Notes: generated from the sequence alone by a model not told the origin. DNA of 64,000 nucleotides from Candidatus Nomurabacteria bacterium (GCA_020631955.1 JACKGL010000003.1:8059-72058), one strand, 5' to 3'; positions 42,316 through 50,980 are shown, counted from the stretch's first letter. Translations and numbers: made by a program.

Positions 42316-45165
42316 ATGATGAAGAAGTACGATCATAAGGATATTGAGAAGAAATGGCAGGACAGATGGGAAGAGGAAGGTTTATACAAAACACCCAACA
42401 AGGTTCCAGGAAAAGACAACTACTACACTTTGGTGGAGTTTTCTTACCCTTCGGGGAACTTGCACGTAGGACACTGGTACGCTTTTTCTGTACCAGATAT
42501 GTTTGCAAGATACAAAAGGATGAGAGGGTACAACTCTCTATATCCTATGGGTTTTGATTCTTTTGGACTACCTGCAGAAAGAGCCGCTATATTACATGGT
42601 AAAAATCCAAAAGATTGGACTTATAAAAATATGGAATACATGCAAAACCAGCTACGTAGTATGGGAGCTAGTTTTGATTGGGACAGGAGAGTGATCACCT
42701 CTGATCCAGAGTATTATCGCTGGACTCAATGGATGTTCAACCAATTTTACAAAAACGACTTAGCTTATAAAGCCAACACAAAAGTGAACTGGTGTCCTAC
42801 TGATAAGACTATACTAGCCAACGAACAGGTGATAGATGGTAAATGTGATAGGTGTGGTACAGAAGTAGAACAAAAAGATCAAGAGCAGTGGATGCTCAAA
42901 ATCACAGAGTTTGCAGATGCGCTTACTGATGATCTAGATGGTCTTGACTGGAATGACGCGATAAAAGAAGCTCAAAGGTCATGGATAGGTAGGAGTGAGG
43001 GAAGTGAGATAAGTTTTAAGCTTTCTTCTGGAGACTCTGTAGATGTTTTTACTACTCGTGCGGATACGCTTTTTGGTGTCACATATGTTGTGCTTGCTCC
43101 AGAGCACCCACTGGTAAATAAACTTCTTGATCAAGTAGAGAACAAACAAGAAGTAGAAAAGTATATAGAAGAAACAAAGAAAAAATCAGAACTTGATAGG
43201 CAACAAGCAAAAGAAAAAACTGGAGTAGAACTAAAAGGTATAACGGCTACCAACCCTGCCTACCGGCAGGCAGGCCTGCAAAATGACGAAGAAGTCCCAG
43301 TTTGGATTGCGGACTATGTGCTTGCCGGGTATGGAACAGGTGCGGTAATGGCGGTACCAGCTCACGATGAAAGAGATTTTGAGTTTGCAAATAAATATGG
43401 ATTACCAATCAAACAAGTAATAGCACTCCAAATAGGGGAAAGAATTATTAATGCAAAAGAACGTTTAGGTGTTTCAGCAATTATAAGGAATTCTCAGGGT
43501 AAAATACTTGTTCAACAAAATGAACACCAAAGAGGGATATTGCATTCATTACCAGGTGGAGGTGTAGAAGAGGGTGAAAATGTAGAAGAGGCTTTAATCA
43601 GAGAGATTAAAGAAGAAACCGGATATACTGATCTTGAAATAGTTTTTTGTAAAGGGGCTTATGAATATAATTTTAACTCTCCTGAACGTGGTTATGACCG
43701 GAAATTAACCGAATTTTTATATGAGGTAAAATTAATTTCTGATAAGAATGAAGGAAGACATCTTACTGATAAAGAGAAAAGTATTATAAAAGATGATCTG
43801 TGGTTGGACCATAACGAAGCTATTAAAATTTTGAAACAATCAAATAATTTCTGCGGATACGCGGAGGCTATTTTAATGGAAAGAAAAAATAATTATTTAG
43901 ATGGAATACTCGTGAATTCAGGTAAATTCGACGGTCTTACATCCCAAGAAGCGCGGGAAAAAATTACAGAATTTGTTGGAGGAAAAATGGTAAAGACTTA
44001 CAGACTTCGTGACTGGGGGATAAGCCGCCAGAGATATTGGGGTTGTCCGATACCGATAGTTTATGACCCTGAAGGTAATGCTCATGCCGTGCCTGACGAG
44101 CATCTGCCTTGGCTGCTACCTGAAGATGTAGATCACACGCCAGACGGAACAGCACCACTAGCCAGGAGTAAAGAGCTTTTTGAAAGAACAGAAAAAATAT
44201 TTGGTAAAGGTTGGAAGCCAGAGGTAGAGACTATGGATACATTTGTAGATTCTTCTTGGTATTTTTATCGTTATCTTGATCCAAAAAATGAAAAAGAGTT
44301 TTGTAGTACTGACTCACAGAAAGATTTTATGCCGATAGATATTTATTTTGGTGGAGCAGAACACACCACTATGCACCTTTTGTATTCTCGTTTTTGGGTA
44401 AAGGCACTTCGTAAAATAGGTCTTACAGATATAAACGAACCTTATACAAGGAGAATCAACCGCAGCCTTATACTAGGACCTGATGGCAACAAAATGAGTA
44501 AGAGTAAAGGTAACGTGATAGACCCAGACGAAGTCGTAGGTTTTGTTGGAGCAGACACTGTACGTATGTATTTGGCATTTATAGGCCCTTATGGAGCTAC
44601 TAGCCACTATCCTTGGGATCCGAACGGTGTAGTAGGTATAAGAAGATTTATAGAAAGATTTTGGAAGACTACTGATTTTATAGTGGAGGATGATACAAAG
44701 TCACTAGACACTCTTTTACACAAGACTATAAAAAAAGTCACAGATGATATAGAAAGATACAAATTCAACACAGCCATATCTGCTATCATGATATTTATCA
44801 ACGAAGTAGAAAAGGAAAAGAAGATAAGTAAGGAGCAATATTCTACTATGGTCAAACTTCTTTCTCCTTTAGCTCCTCATGTGTCAGAAGAAATATGGAG
44901 AGAAGTTTTAGGTAACAGCAAATCTGTTCACCTAGAAGACTGGCCGGTATATGATGAGTCTCTTATAAAAGAAGAAGAGGTCAACATATCTGTATCTGTA
45001 AATGGTAAGTCTAGGTCTTTGGTAAAAGTGCCTTTTGATAGTGAAGAAGAATTTGTCTTGAGTGTAGCGAAAGAAGATCAAAATGTCTCTAAGTGGATAG
45101 ATGGGAAAAATATAAAAAAGATTATTTTTGTTCCCAATAAAATAATAAATATAATTACAGATTAG
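42316..45165 (+). CDS. leuS: Leucine--tRNA ligase carrying a ~160-aa Nudix-domain insertion and a 7-aa palindrome-encoded insertion in the CP1 editing domain
   Basis: HIGH-type SGNLHVGH, editing-domain blocks TTRADTLFGVTYVVLAPEHP and GTGAVMAVPAHDERDFEFA, YRLRDWGISRQRYWG, KMSKS. 949 aa, longer than typical bacterial LeuRS. Confidence 0.95.
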   Translation: MMKKYDHKDIEKKWQDRWEEEGLYKTPNKVPGKDNYYTLVEFSYPSGNLHVGHWYAFSVPDMFARYKRMRGYNSLYPMGFDSFGLPAERAAILHGKNPKDWTYKNMEYMQNQLRSMGASFDWDRRVITSDPEYYRWTQWMFNQFYKNDLAYKANTKVNWCPTDKTILANEQVIDGKCDRCGTEVEQKDQEQWMLKITEFADALTDDLDGLDWNDAIKEAQRSWIGRSEGSEISFKLSSGDSVDVFTTRADTLFGVTYVVLAPEHPLVNKLLDQVENKQEVEKYIEETKKKSELDRQQAKEKTGVELKGITATNPAYRQAGLQNDEEVPVWIADYVLAGYGTGAVMAVPAHDERDFEFANKYGLPIKQVIALQIGERIINAKERLGVSAIIRNSQGKILVQQNEHQRGILHSLPGGGVEEGENVEEALIREIKEETGYTDLEIVFCKGAYEYNFNSPERGYDRKLTEFLYEVKLISDKNEGRHLTDKEKSIIKDDLWLDHNEAIKILKQSNNFCGYAEAILMERKNNYLDGILVNSGKFDGLTSQEAREKITEFVGGKMVKTYRLRDWGISRQRYWGCPIPIVYDPEGNAHAVPDEHLPWLLPEDVDHTPDGTAPLARSKELFERTEKIFGKGWKPEVETMDTFVDSSWYFYRYLDPKNEKEFCSTDSQKDFMPIDIYFGGAEHTTMHLLYSRFWVKALRKIGLTDINEPYTRRINRSLILGPDGNKMSKSKGNVIDPDEVVGFVGADTVRMYLAFIGPYGATSHYPWDPNGVVGIRRFIERFWKTTDFIVEDDTKSLDTLLHKTIKKVTDDIERYKFNTAISAIMIFINEVEKEKKISKEQYSTMVKLLSPLAPHVSEEIWREVLGNSKSVHLEDWPVYDESLIKEEEVNISVSVNGKSRSLVKVPFDSEEEFVLSVAKEDQNVSKWIDGKNIKKIIFVPNKIINIITD
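43255..43274. repeat. 20-nt GC-rich palindrome CCTGCCTACCGGCAGGCAGG inside leuS
   Basis: Matches 19 of 20 positions of the palindrome at 49183-49202. Together with flanking bases it encodes the extra peptide AYRQAGL (43258-43278). Confidence 0.85.
43423..43902 (+). other. Nudix hydrolase domain nested in LeuRS (aa ~370-529)
   Basis: Intact Nudix box GGVEEGENVEEALIREIKEETGY. Flanked by LeuRS blocks ANKYGLPIKQVI and GILVNSGKFDGLTSQEA. Confidence 0.8.
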
Positions 45166-45166
45166 T

Positions 45167-46828
45167 ATGGTGAAGCGTTTTATTTCTTTTTTCTTTCGTG
45201 AATATAAAAATGTACACATGGCAGCTTTTTTACTAGCTGTGTCTACTTTTGCTTCACAAATATTGGCGCTTATAAGAGATCGTATATTTGCTACACAGTT
45301 TGGTCCGGGACAAGTGCTAGACACTTATTACTCTGCTTTTCGTGTGCCTGACTTACTTTTCATCACTATAGCCTCGCTTGCTTCTGTGACAGTACTTGCA
45401 CCGAAGCTGAACAGTTTTATAGGTACAGATGACAAAGACAACACCCAAGCCAAAAACTATCTAGGTAATATAGCAAAAGTATTTTCTATATTTATGATAG
45501 GTTGTTCTTTCTTGGCTTTCTTGCTCATGCCTTTACTTGCCAAGATAGTAGCTCCTGGTTTTGACGCAAGTTCACAGGCTGAGCTAGTGCTTTTATCTAG
45601 AATAATGCTTCTTTCTCCTATAATGCTTGGTTTTTCCAACTTGCTTTCTTCTGTGACACAAATATACAGAAGGTTTACCACATACGCTCTTTCTCCGGTG
45701 CTGTATAACTTGGGTATCATAATAGGTGCACTTTTTATATATCCTCATTTTGGTATAGTTGGGCTAGCTTTTGGTGTAGTTATAGGAGCTATCATGCACG
45801 TAGGTATACAAGTACCGGCTGTCAGAGATTTGAACATGACACCTGTTTTTCAGAAGAAAATAAATTGGTCAGAAATATATTCTCTGGCGGCTACATCTTT
45901 ACCTCGTACTCTTACACTAGCTTTTACTAGCATAGGATTTTTAGCTTTGACTGCTATAGCTTCTGATATAGGAGAAGGTTCTATCAGTCGTATGCAGTTT
46001 GCTTATAACCTACAGTCTGTACCTATAGCTATCATAGGTCTTTCTTATGGAGTAGCTGTGTTTCCTACACTTACAAAATATTTTTCTTCTGGGGACAAAA
46101 CAGAGTTCTCACGAGTACTTAGCAACTCCTTCAGGCATATACTTTTGTGGTCTGTACCCGTAGCAGTATTTTTTGTTGTTCTTAGAGCTCATATCGTCAG
46201 AGTTATCCTTGGAGCTGGAGAGTTCACCTGGGACGACACCAAACTCACAGCTGCTGCTTTTGCCTTGTTTACCATATCTGCAGTATTTCAAAGTTTACTT
46301 ATTCTCATCATACGTGCGTATTATGCATCTGGTACAACATGGAAACCTCTTAAGATGGGGCTTATAGCTACTGTAGTGCAGACTATATTAGCTTTTGTTC
46401 TAACAAAACTCTTCTTGATACATCCTGAATTTGGCGCACTTATGTCTAAGTATCTTAGAGTTACTGGGGTCCCTGACAACGAGATGCTTATGTTGCCGCT
46501 AGCTTATACTATAGGTACTATAATCAATTTTGTTTTCCTTTGGGGTATTTTTAAGTCAGATTTGATGCAAAAAAAAGATCTATACAAGATAGGAGCTTCG
46601 CTCAAACAAATACTCATAGCCAGTCTTTTCTCTGGGTTTGTCGTATATATGATGTTGAATATTTTGGCTACATTTTTCAATCAAGATACTTTCAAAGGTA
46701 TATTCTTGCAAGGGTTCCTTTCAGCTATAGTCGGAGCTATTATGTGGGGTATAGTGCTCAAATGGTTTAAAAACGAGGAATTTAGTAATCTGTACTTGAG
46801 ATTTTCTAAAAAAACCGGACTATCATAG
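45167..46828 (+). CDS. murJ: Lipid II flippase MurJ (MviN family)
   Basis: 553 aa, about 14 TM helices. N-terminal SRILGLIRD-like ASQILALIRDRIFATQFG. Confidence 0.88.
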   Translation: MVKRFISFFFREYKNVHMAAFLLAVSTFASQILALIRDRIFATQFGPGQVLDTYYSAFRVPDLLFITIASLASVTVLAPKLNSFIGTDDKDNTQAKNYLGNIAKVFSIFMIGCSFLAFLLMPLLAKIVAPGFDASSQAELVLLSRIMLLSPIMLGFSNLLSSVTQIYRRFTTYALSPVLYNLGIIIGALFIYPHFGIVGLAFGVVIGAIMHVGIQVPAVRDLNMTPVFQKKINWSEIYSLAATSLPRTLTLAFTSIGFLALTAIASDIGEGSISRMQFAYNLQSVPIAIIGLSYGVAVFPTLTKYFSSGDKTEFSRVLSNSFRHILLWSVPVAVFFVVLRAHIVRVILGAGEFTWDDTKLTAAAFALFTISAVFQSLLILIIRAYYASGTTWKPLKMGLIATVVQTILAFVLTKLFLIHPEFGALMSKYLRVTGVPDNEMLMLPLAYTIGTIINFVFLWGIFKSDLMQKKDLYKIGASLKQILIASLFSGFVVYMMLNILATFFNQDTFKGIFLQGFLSAIVGAIMWGIVLKWFKNEEFSNLYLRFSKKTGLS

Positions 46829-46859
46829 AAACCGGTTTTCTGTTAATATATCATCACTC

Positions 46860-48656
46860 ATGAATAAGAATATAAGAAATTTTTCTATAATCGCTCATAT
46901 AGACCATGGTAAGTCTACACTTTCTGACAGAATGCTAGAGGTGACCAATACTATAGAAAAAAGAAAAATGAAAGATCAGGTTCTAGACAACATGGAGCTA
47001 GAAAGAGAAAGAGGTATCACCATCAAGATGCAGCCTGTTCGTATGCAACACAAGATAGACGGACAACAGTATATATTCAACCTCATAGATACTCCTGGAC
47101 ACATAGACTTTTCTTATGAAGTGTCTAGAGCCATCAAAGCAGTGGAAGGATCTGTGCTTTTGGTAGATGCTACACAAGGTGTACAAGCCCAGACTTTGTC
47201 AGTACTTGAAATGGCTAAAAATGCAGGACTTGTGATAGTCCCAGCAGCTACGAAAGTGGATTCTCCGCTCGCTAGAGTAGATGAGGTAAAGCTTGAGATA
47301 GCTGAGCTCATAAACTGCGACCCAGATGATGTGATAGGTGTGTCTGGTAAAACAGGAGAGAACGTAGAAGAGCTACTTCGACTTATAGCTAAAAAAGTAC
47401 CACCACCTACAGAAGTATCTGACAAACATACCAAGGCTTTGGTCTTTGACTTTAAATATGACAACCACAAAGGAGTAGTGGTATATGTAAGAATGATATC
47501 TGGTTCTATAAAGAAAAATGACAAGCTTATATTTAGAGTGTCTGGTGAGAAGTTTATATGTCTGGAAACAGGTATATTTTCTCCAGATGAGAAACCAAAA
47601 GATAGTTTAGAAGAAGGTGAGATAGGTTACATAGTGACGGGTATCAAAAAGCCAGGTGTGGCTACTGTGGGAGATACTATAACTATGGAAAAAGATCCGT
47701 CTCCAGCACTATCAGGATATGAAAGACCAAGACCAGTAGTATGGGCGTCCATATTTCCAGAAAGCCAAGACGATTTTGATGTATTGAAACAAGCTCTAAA
47801 CAGACTCCGTCTGTCTGACTCATCTATTTCATATGAAGAAGAATCTTCCGGCACTTTAGGTAGAGGTTTTAGAATAGGTCTTTTGGGTATGCTTCACCTA
47901 GAGATAGTGACAGAAAGACTAAAAAGAGAGTTCAACATATCTTTGGTAGTTACTACACCTTCTATTACATACAAAGTGATAAACAAAAGTGGTGAAGAAG
48001 AGTGGATATATTCTCCGATAAAATTTCCAGATGATGGTAGTGTCAAAGAGATATATGAACCATGGGCAACTGTAAATATCATTACACCTTCATCTTATCT
48101 ACCCAACATCATGCCTATGCTGTATGATCACGAAGCTGAGATAGGGGATAGTGAGTCTTTTGGTGATGGCAGGTCTAGAGTATTGATCAACCTGCCTCTA
48201 AGAGAACTAATGAGGAATTTTTTCGATGAGCTAAAGAGCGTAAGCTCTGGGTATGCTTCTATATCTTATGAAATAAACGAAATGAGAAAAGCCGATGTGG
48301 TGAGGATGGATCTTTTAGTGGCTGACGATGTGGTTCCTGCTTTTTCTACTGTGGTTTCTAGAAGAAAAGTACAAGATGAAGCTGAGAAGTCTGTTGCAAA
48401 ACTAACCAGCATACTTCCTCGTCAACAAATAGCTGTAAAAATACAAGCCAAAGCCCTAGGAAGGATAATATCTTCAGAAACATTGAAAGCTTTCCGAAAA
48501 GATGTGACAGGGTATTTGTATGGAGGTGATGTCACTAGAAAAATGAAACTCCTAGAAAAGCAGAAAAAAGGTAAGAAGAAAATGCAAAAAACAGCCAAGG
48601 TAAATATCCCAGAAGATGTGTTTGTAAAGATGATGAGAAGGGGTAGCGGTAACTAG
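46860..48656 (+). CDS. lepA: Translation elongation factor 4 (LepA)
   Basis: IRNFSIIAHIDHGKSTL, DTPGHIDF, LepA C-terminal domain. Confidence 0.97.
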   Translation: MNKNIRNFSIIAHIDHGKSTLSDRMLEVTNTIEKRKMKDQVLDNMELERERGITIKMQPVRMQHKIDGQQYIFNLIDTPGHIDFSYEVSRAIKAVEGSVLLVDATQGVQAQTLSVLEMAKNAGLVIVPAATKVDSPLARVDEVKLEIAELINCDPDDVIGVSGKTGENVEELLRLIAKKVPPPTEVSDKHTKALVFDFKYDNHKGVVVYVRMISGSIKKNDKLIFRVSGEKFICLETGIFSPDEKPKDSLEEGEIGYIVTGIKKPGVATVGDTITMEKDPSPALSGYERPRPVVWASIFPESQDDFDVLKQALNRLRLSDSSISYEEESSGTLGRGFRIGLLGMLHLEIVTERLKREFNISLVVTTPSITYKVINKSGEEEWIYSPIKFPDDGSVKEIYEPWATVNIITPSSYLPNIMPMLYDHEAEIGDSESFGDGRSRVLINLPLRELMRNFFDELKSVSSGYASISYEINEMRKADVVRMDLLVADDVVPAFSTVVSRRKVQDEAEKSVAKLTSILPRQQIAVKIQAKALGRIISSETLKAFRKDVTGYLYGGDVTRKMKLLEKQKKGKKKMQKTAKVNIPEDVFVKMMRRGSGN

Positions 48657-48790
48657 TTGCGCAAAGCTGGAGCTGCGTATAGTAATACCATAGAAATAAC
48701 TGTCAGTAGAACTAGTATAGACCAAACCACTCGCATCCTTTTCTTATTTTTCTTGCTCATTAAAAACATAGGGAGTATTATAGATTATAT

Positions 48791-49162
48791 ATGGCAAAAG
48801 TACAACATAAGACCAAGATCCCTTCATTTTTCACCACATATCCTATGATTGTGCTTTATTTGATCATATCTATATCACTCTTATCTTCTTCTTTTGTTAT
48901 GGTAGGTAAGGCTTTTGATACTAGAAAAAAAGCTAACATTGCAGAATCTAAATACGAAGAAGCTTTAAAGCAAAATGAATATTTGCTAGATAAAACAAAT
49001 AGTGAAGAAGAGGGAAGTGAATATTTCTTAGAGTCAGTACTACGAGATGAATATAGAGCTGTGAAAGAAGGTGAGGAGATAGTCGTGATCACTGACCAGT
49101 ATGAAGATGTAGACCCTAACGCGAAAAAAGGTCTTTGGAATAGAATATTTGGTGACAAATAG
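48791..49162 (+). CDS. Septum formation initiator (FtsB/DivIC-like)
   Basis: Single TM helix followed by coiled coil, and the conserved C-terminal block YFLESVLRDEYRAVKEGEEIVVI. Confidence 0.7.
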   Translation: MAKVQHKTKIPSFFTTYPMIVLYLIISISLLSSSFVMVGKAFDTRKKANIAESKYEEALKQNEYLLDKTNSEEEGSEYFLESVLRDEYRAVKEGEEIVVITDQYEDVDPNAKKGLWNRIFGDK

Positions 49163-49181
49163 TGGTGCCCTTGCCAGGAAT

Positions 49182-49203
49182 CCCTGCCTGCCGGCAGGCA
49201 GGG
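49182..49203. repeat. Perfect 22-nt palindrome CCCTGCCTGCCGGCAGGCAGGG, splitting the T-loop of tRNA-like copy A
   Basis: Self-complementary 11+11 nt; very GC-rich in an AT-rich genome. Confidence 0.9.
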
Positions 49204-49298
49204 AACCAGAACCACTCCTCCCTGCTTCGCTGAAGCTACAAAGGACACAGTAGGACGGAGTTGTTGCCCGCCTGCCAAATTAATACATTTACAAATTG

Positions 49299-49370
49299 TG
49301 TCTCTGGTAGGAATCGAACCCACAATTACTCCTTAGGACGGAGTCGTTATATCCATTTAACTACAGAGAC
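49299..49370 (-). tRNA. tRNA-Arg (CCU), intact (copy B), nested within copy A
   Basis: GTCTCTG-TA-GTTA-AATGGATA-TAAC-G-ACTCC-GTCCTAA-GGAGT-AATT-GTGGG-TTCGATT-CCTAC-CAGAGAC-A. No encoded CCA. Confidence 0.88.
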
Positions 49371-49482
49371 ATTTATTTTTACAAGCCGGGCAGGTATCCA
49401 TTTAACTACAAGGGCTTATAAATTAAGACAGACTAAAATCCGCTTGTTAGCGGATTTTAGCATATATGATATTTTTTTAAAA

Positions 49483-49716
49483 CTAAAGACCTAGTAGTTC
49501 TGATAGTTTTGCTTTATTGAAACCCACTACTATATCATTGTCTATCATGATAACAGGTACACCCATTTGTCCGCTTCTTTCTATCATTTCTTCTCTTCTT
49601 ACGGCGTCGGCTGCTACGTCAAATTCTTGGAACTCTACATTGTTCTCATGGAAGAATTCTTTTGTTGCTTTACAATATGTACATGTAGGTGTTGTGTAAA
49701 TTGAAACTTGCTTCAT
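49483..49716 (-). CDS. Glutaredoxin-like / NrdH-type small redoxin
   Basis: 77 aa. CTYC active site at the N-terminus of helix 1 and GVPVIMID motif. Terminator AAATCCGC/GCGGATTT at 49430-49460. Confidence 0.85.
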   Translation of the reverse strand: MKQVSIYTTPTCTYCKATKEFFHENNVEFQEFDVAADAVRREEMIERSGQMGVPVIMIDNDIVVGFNKAKLSELLGL

Positions 49717-49801
49717 AACATCTAACTTAATTTTTAATATGCCAATTATATCATATTAGATACTGGTGTGTATCTTGTCAGGGTGTGGTATAATTTTGTT
49801 T

Positions 49802-50137
49802 ATGGATCCAGAAATAAAAAGCCTTTTGGCTAAAAATCTAGAGCTTACAAGGGAGAGTCATGAGATGCTCAAAACGATAAAACGTATTACTGTAAGAGAG
49901 CATTTATATAGAAATATATATAGAGGTATCATCATACTTACTATATTGTTTTCTCTTTTCTTTGCTCAAAAAATATTGGGAGGTCTTTTGAATATGACAG
50001 GCGTAGGTCCTCTTATGGAAGTATACGGAGGAGGTTCTATAGACGGTCTAGGTAATCTAAACCTAGGAGATGTCTATGGAGGTCTTGGTGATCTTCAAAA
50101 TACAGACCAAATAAAAGACGCTATAAACGGTTTGTAA
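49802..50137 (+). CDS. Hypothetical single-TM protein with Gly-rich C-terminus
   Basis: MDPEIKSLLAKNLELTRESHEMLKTIKR..., one TM helix. ATG 49802 preferred over the ORF-track start. Confidence 0.5.
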   Translation: MDPEIKSLLAKNLELTRESHEMLKTIKRITVREHLYRNIYRGIIILTILFSLFFAQKILGGLLNMTGVGPLMEVYGGGSIDGLGNLNLGDVYGGLGDLQNTDQIKDAINGL

Positions 50138-50177
50138 AATTACCTAGATATGATATAAATATAGAGCTAAATTATAT

Positions 50178-50251
50178 GCTCAGGTAGCTCAGTTGGTTAG
50201 AGCACTCGCCTGAAGAGCGAGGTGTCGGCAGTTCGAGTCTGCCCCTGAGCA
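50178..50251 (+). tRNA. tRNA-Phe (GAA)
   Basis: GCTCAGG-TA-GCTC..GAGC-A-CTCGC-CTGAAGA-GCGAG-GTGTC-GGCAG-TTCGAGT-CTGCC-CCTGAGC-A. Confidence 0.93.
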
Positions 50252-50309
50252 CATAAAACACAAATAATGAAATTTAAATAATAAATGCTATAATTAATAA
50301 AATTCATTT

Positions 50310-50978
50310 ATGAAAAATGTACTTATAATTGGTGGTAGCTCTGGGTTAGGTTTGGAATTAGCTAAAATCTACTCAAATGATCATAAAGTTATTATAACTG
50401 GTAGAGAAAAGAAGGAAAGTATAGAGTACGACTTTGTTTCCTTTGATATGGATAAATATGAATCAACTGAAGGTTATTTGGAAAGTTTTCTAGATCAGTT
50501 ACCCAAAATAGATATTTTGATCTATGCCTTGGGTTACTACCAGAAAGGGGTTATTACAGACATTTCAGACGATGATATAAAGATGATTACAGACTCTGGA
50601 ATCACCGTGCCTTCTTTGATAGTTAAGAAGATATTAATCAAACAGGGTGTTCTGGATACTTTTATTGCTATTACCTCCACTTCCGCCTGGACACCGAGAT
50701 TGCTGGAGCCGCTGTATGCTACTTCCAAAGCAGGACTGACCATGCTTGCTGCATCTCTATCTTTGGATGACAGGATAGATAAAGTCATGGTTGCAGGACC
50801 AGCTGGAATGAAGACTCCGTTTTGGAAAAATAATCCAGAGGTGGATACTAGCGAGATGTTAGAGTCACATTGGGTAGCAGAAAATATTTTCCGAGAAGTG
50901 CATGAGGACTTTAAGTATAAATATATACAACTACTGAGAAAACCTGAAAGGGTGGTCTTAGTAGAAAAAAGACAATAA
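50310..50978 (+). CDS. Short-chain dehydrogenase/reductase (SDR) family oxidoreductase
   Basis: IIGGSSGLGLELA cofactor motif and YATSKAG catalytic motif. Confidence 0.82.
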   Translation: MKNVLIIGGSSGLGLELAKIYSNDHKVIITGREKKESIEYDFVSFDMDKYESTEGYLESFLDQLPKIDILIYALGYYQKGVITDISDDDIKMITDSGITVPSLIVKKILIKQGVLDTFIAITSTSAWTPRLLEPLYATSKAGLTMLAASLSLDDRIDKVMVAGPAGMKTPFWKNNPEVDTSEMLESHWVAENIFREVHEDFKYKYIQLLRKPERVVLVEKRQ

Positions 50979-50980
50979 AA

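Larger units (their letters stand above)
49163..49415 (-). pseudogene. Interrupted tRNA-Arg(CCU)-like gene (copy A) with three insertions; CCA encoded
   Basis: 5' piece GCCCTTG-TA-GTTA-AATGGATA (49395-49415). Middle piece CAAC-A-ACTCC-GTCCTA (49251-49266). 3' piece A-GGAGT-GGTTCTGG-TTC...GATT-CCTGG-CAAGGGC-A-CCA (49163-49219). Acceptor arms are exactly complementary. Paralogous to copy B. Confidence 0.6.

Noticed and set aside
43423-43902. LeuRS insertion as an intein or an assembly artefact.
   Set aside because: There is no Cys/Ser/Thr at the N-terminal junction, no His-Asn plus nucleophile at the C-terminal junction, and no homing-endonuclease motifs. Instead there is a canonical Nudix box, and composition matches the host gene. 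An assembly error cannot be excluded without reads.
48653-48760. 35-aa minus-strand ORF (MSKKNKKRMRVVWSILVLLTVISMVLLYAAPALRN) converging on the lepA stop.
   Set aside because: It has a plausible small TM peptide shape. However, it has no recognisable ribosome-binding site and no conservation evidence is available, so it is too weak to call.
48657-48848. 63-aa plus-strand ORF after lepA, and long N-terminal extensions in the ORF track (for example 37594-37674, 12189-12287, 59491-59568, 61301-61336).
   Set aside because: The extensions run through terminator hairpins or promoter boxes. Internal ATG codons with better context give proteins that begin where the homologous families begin.
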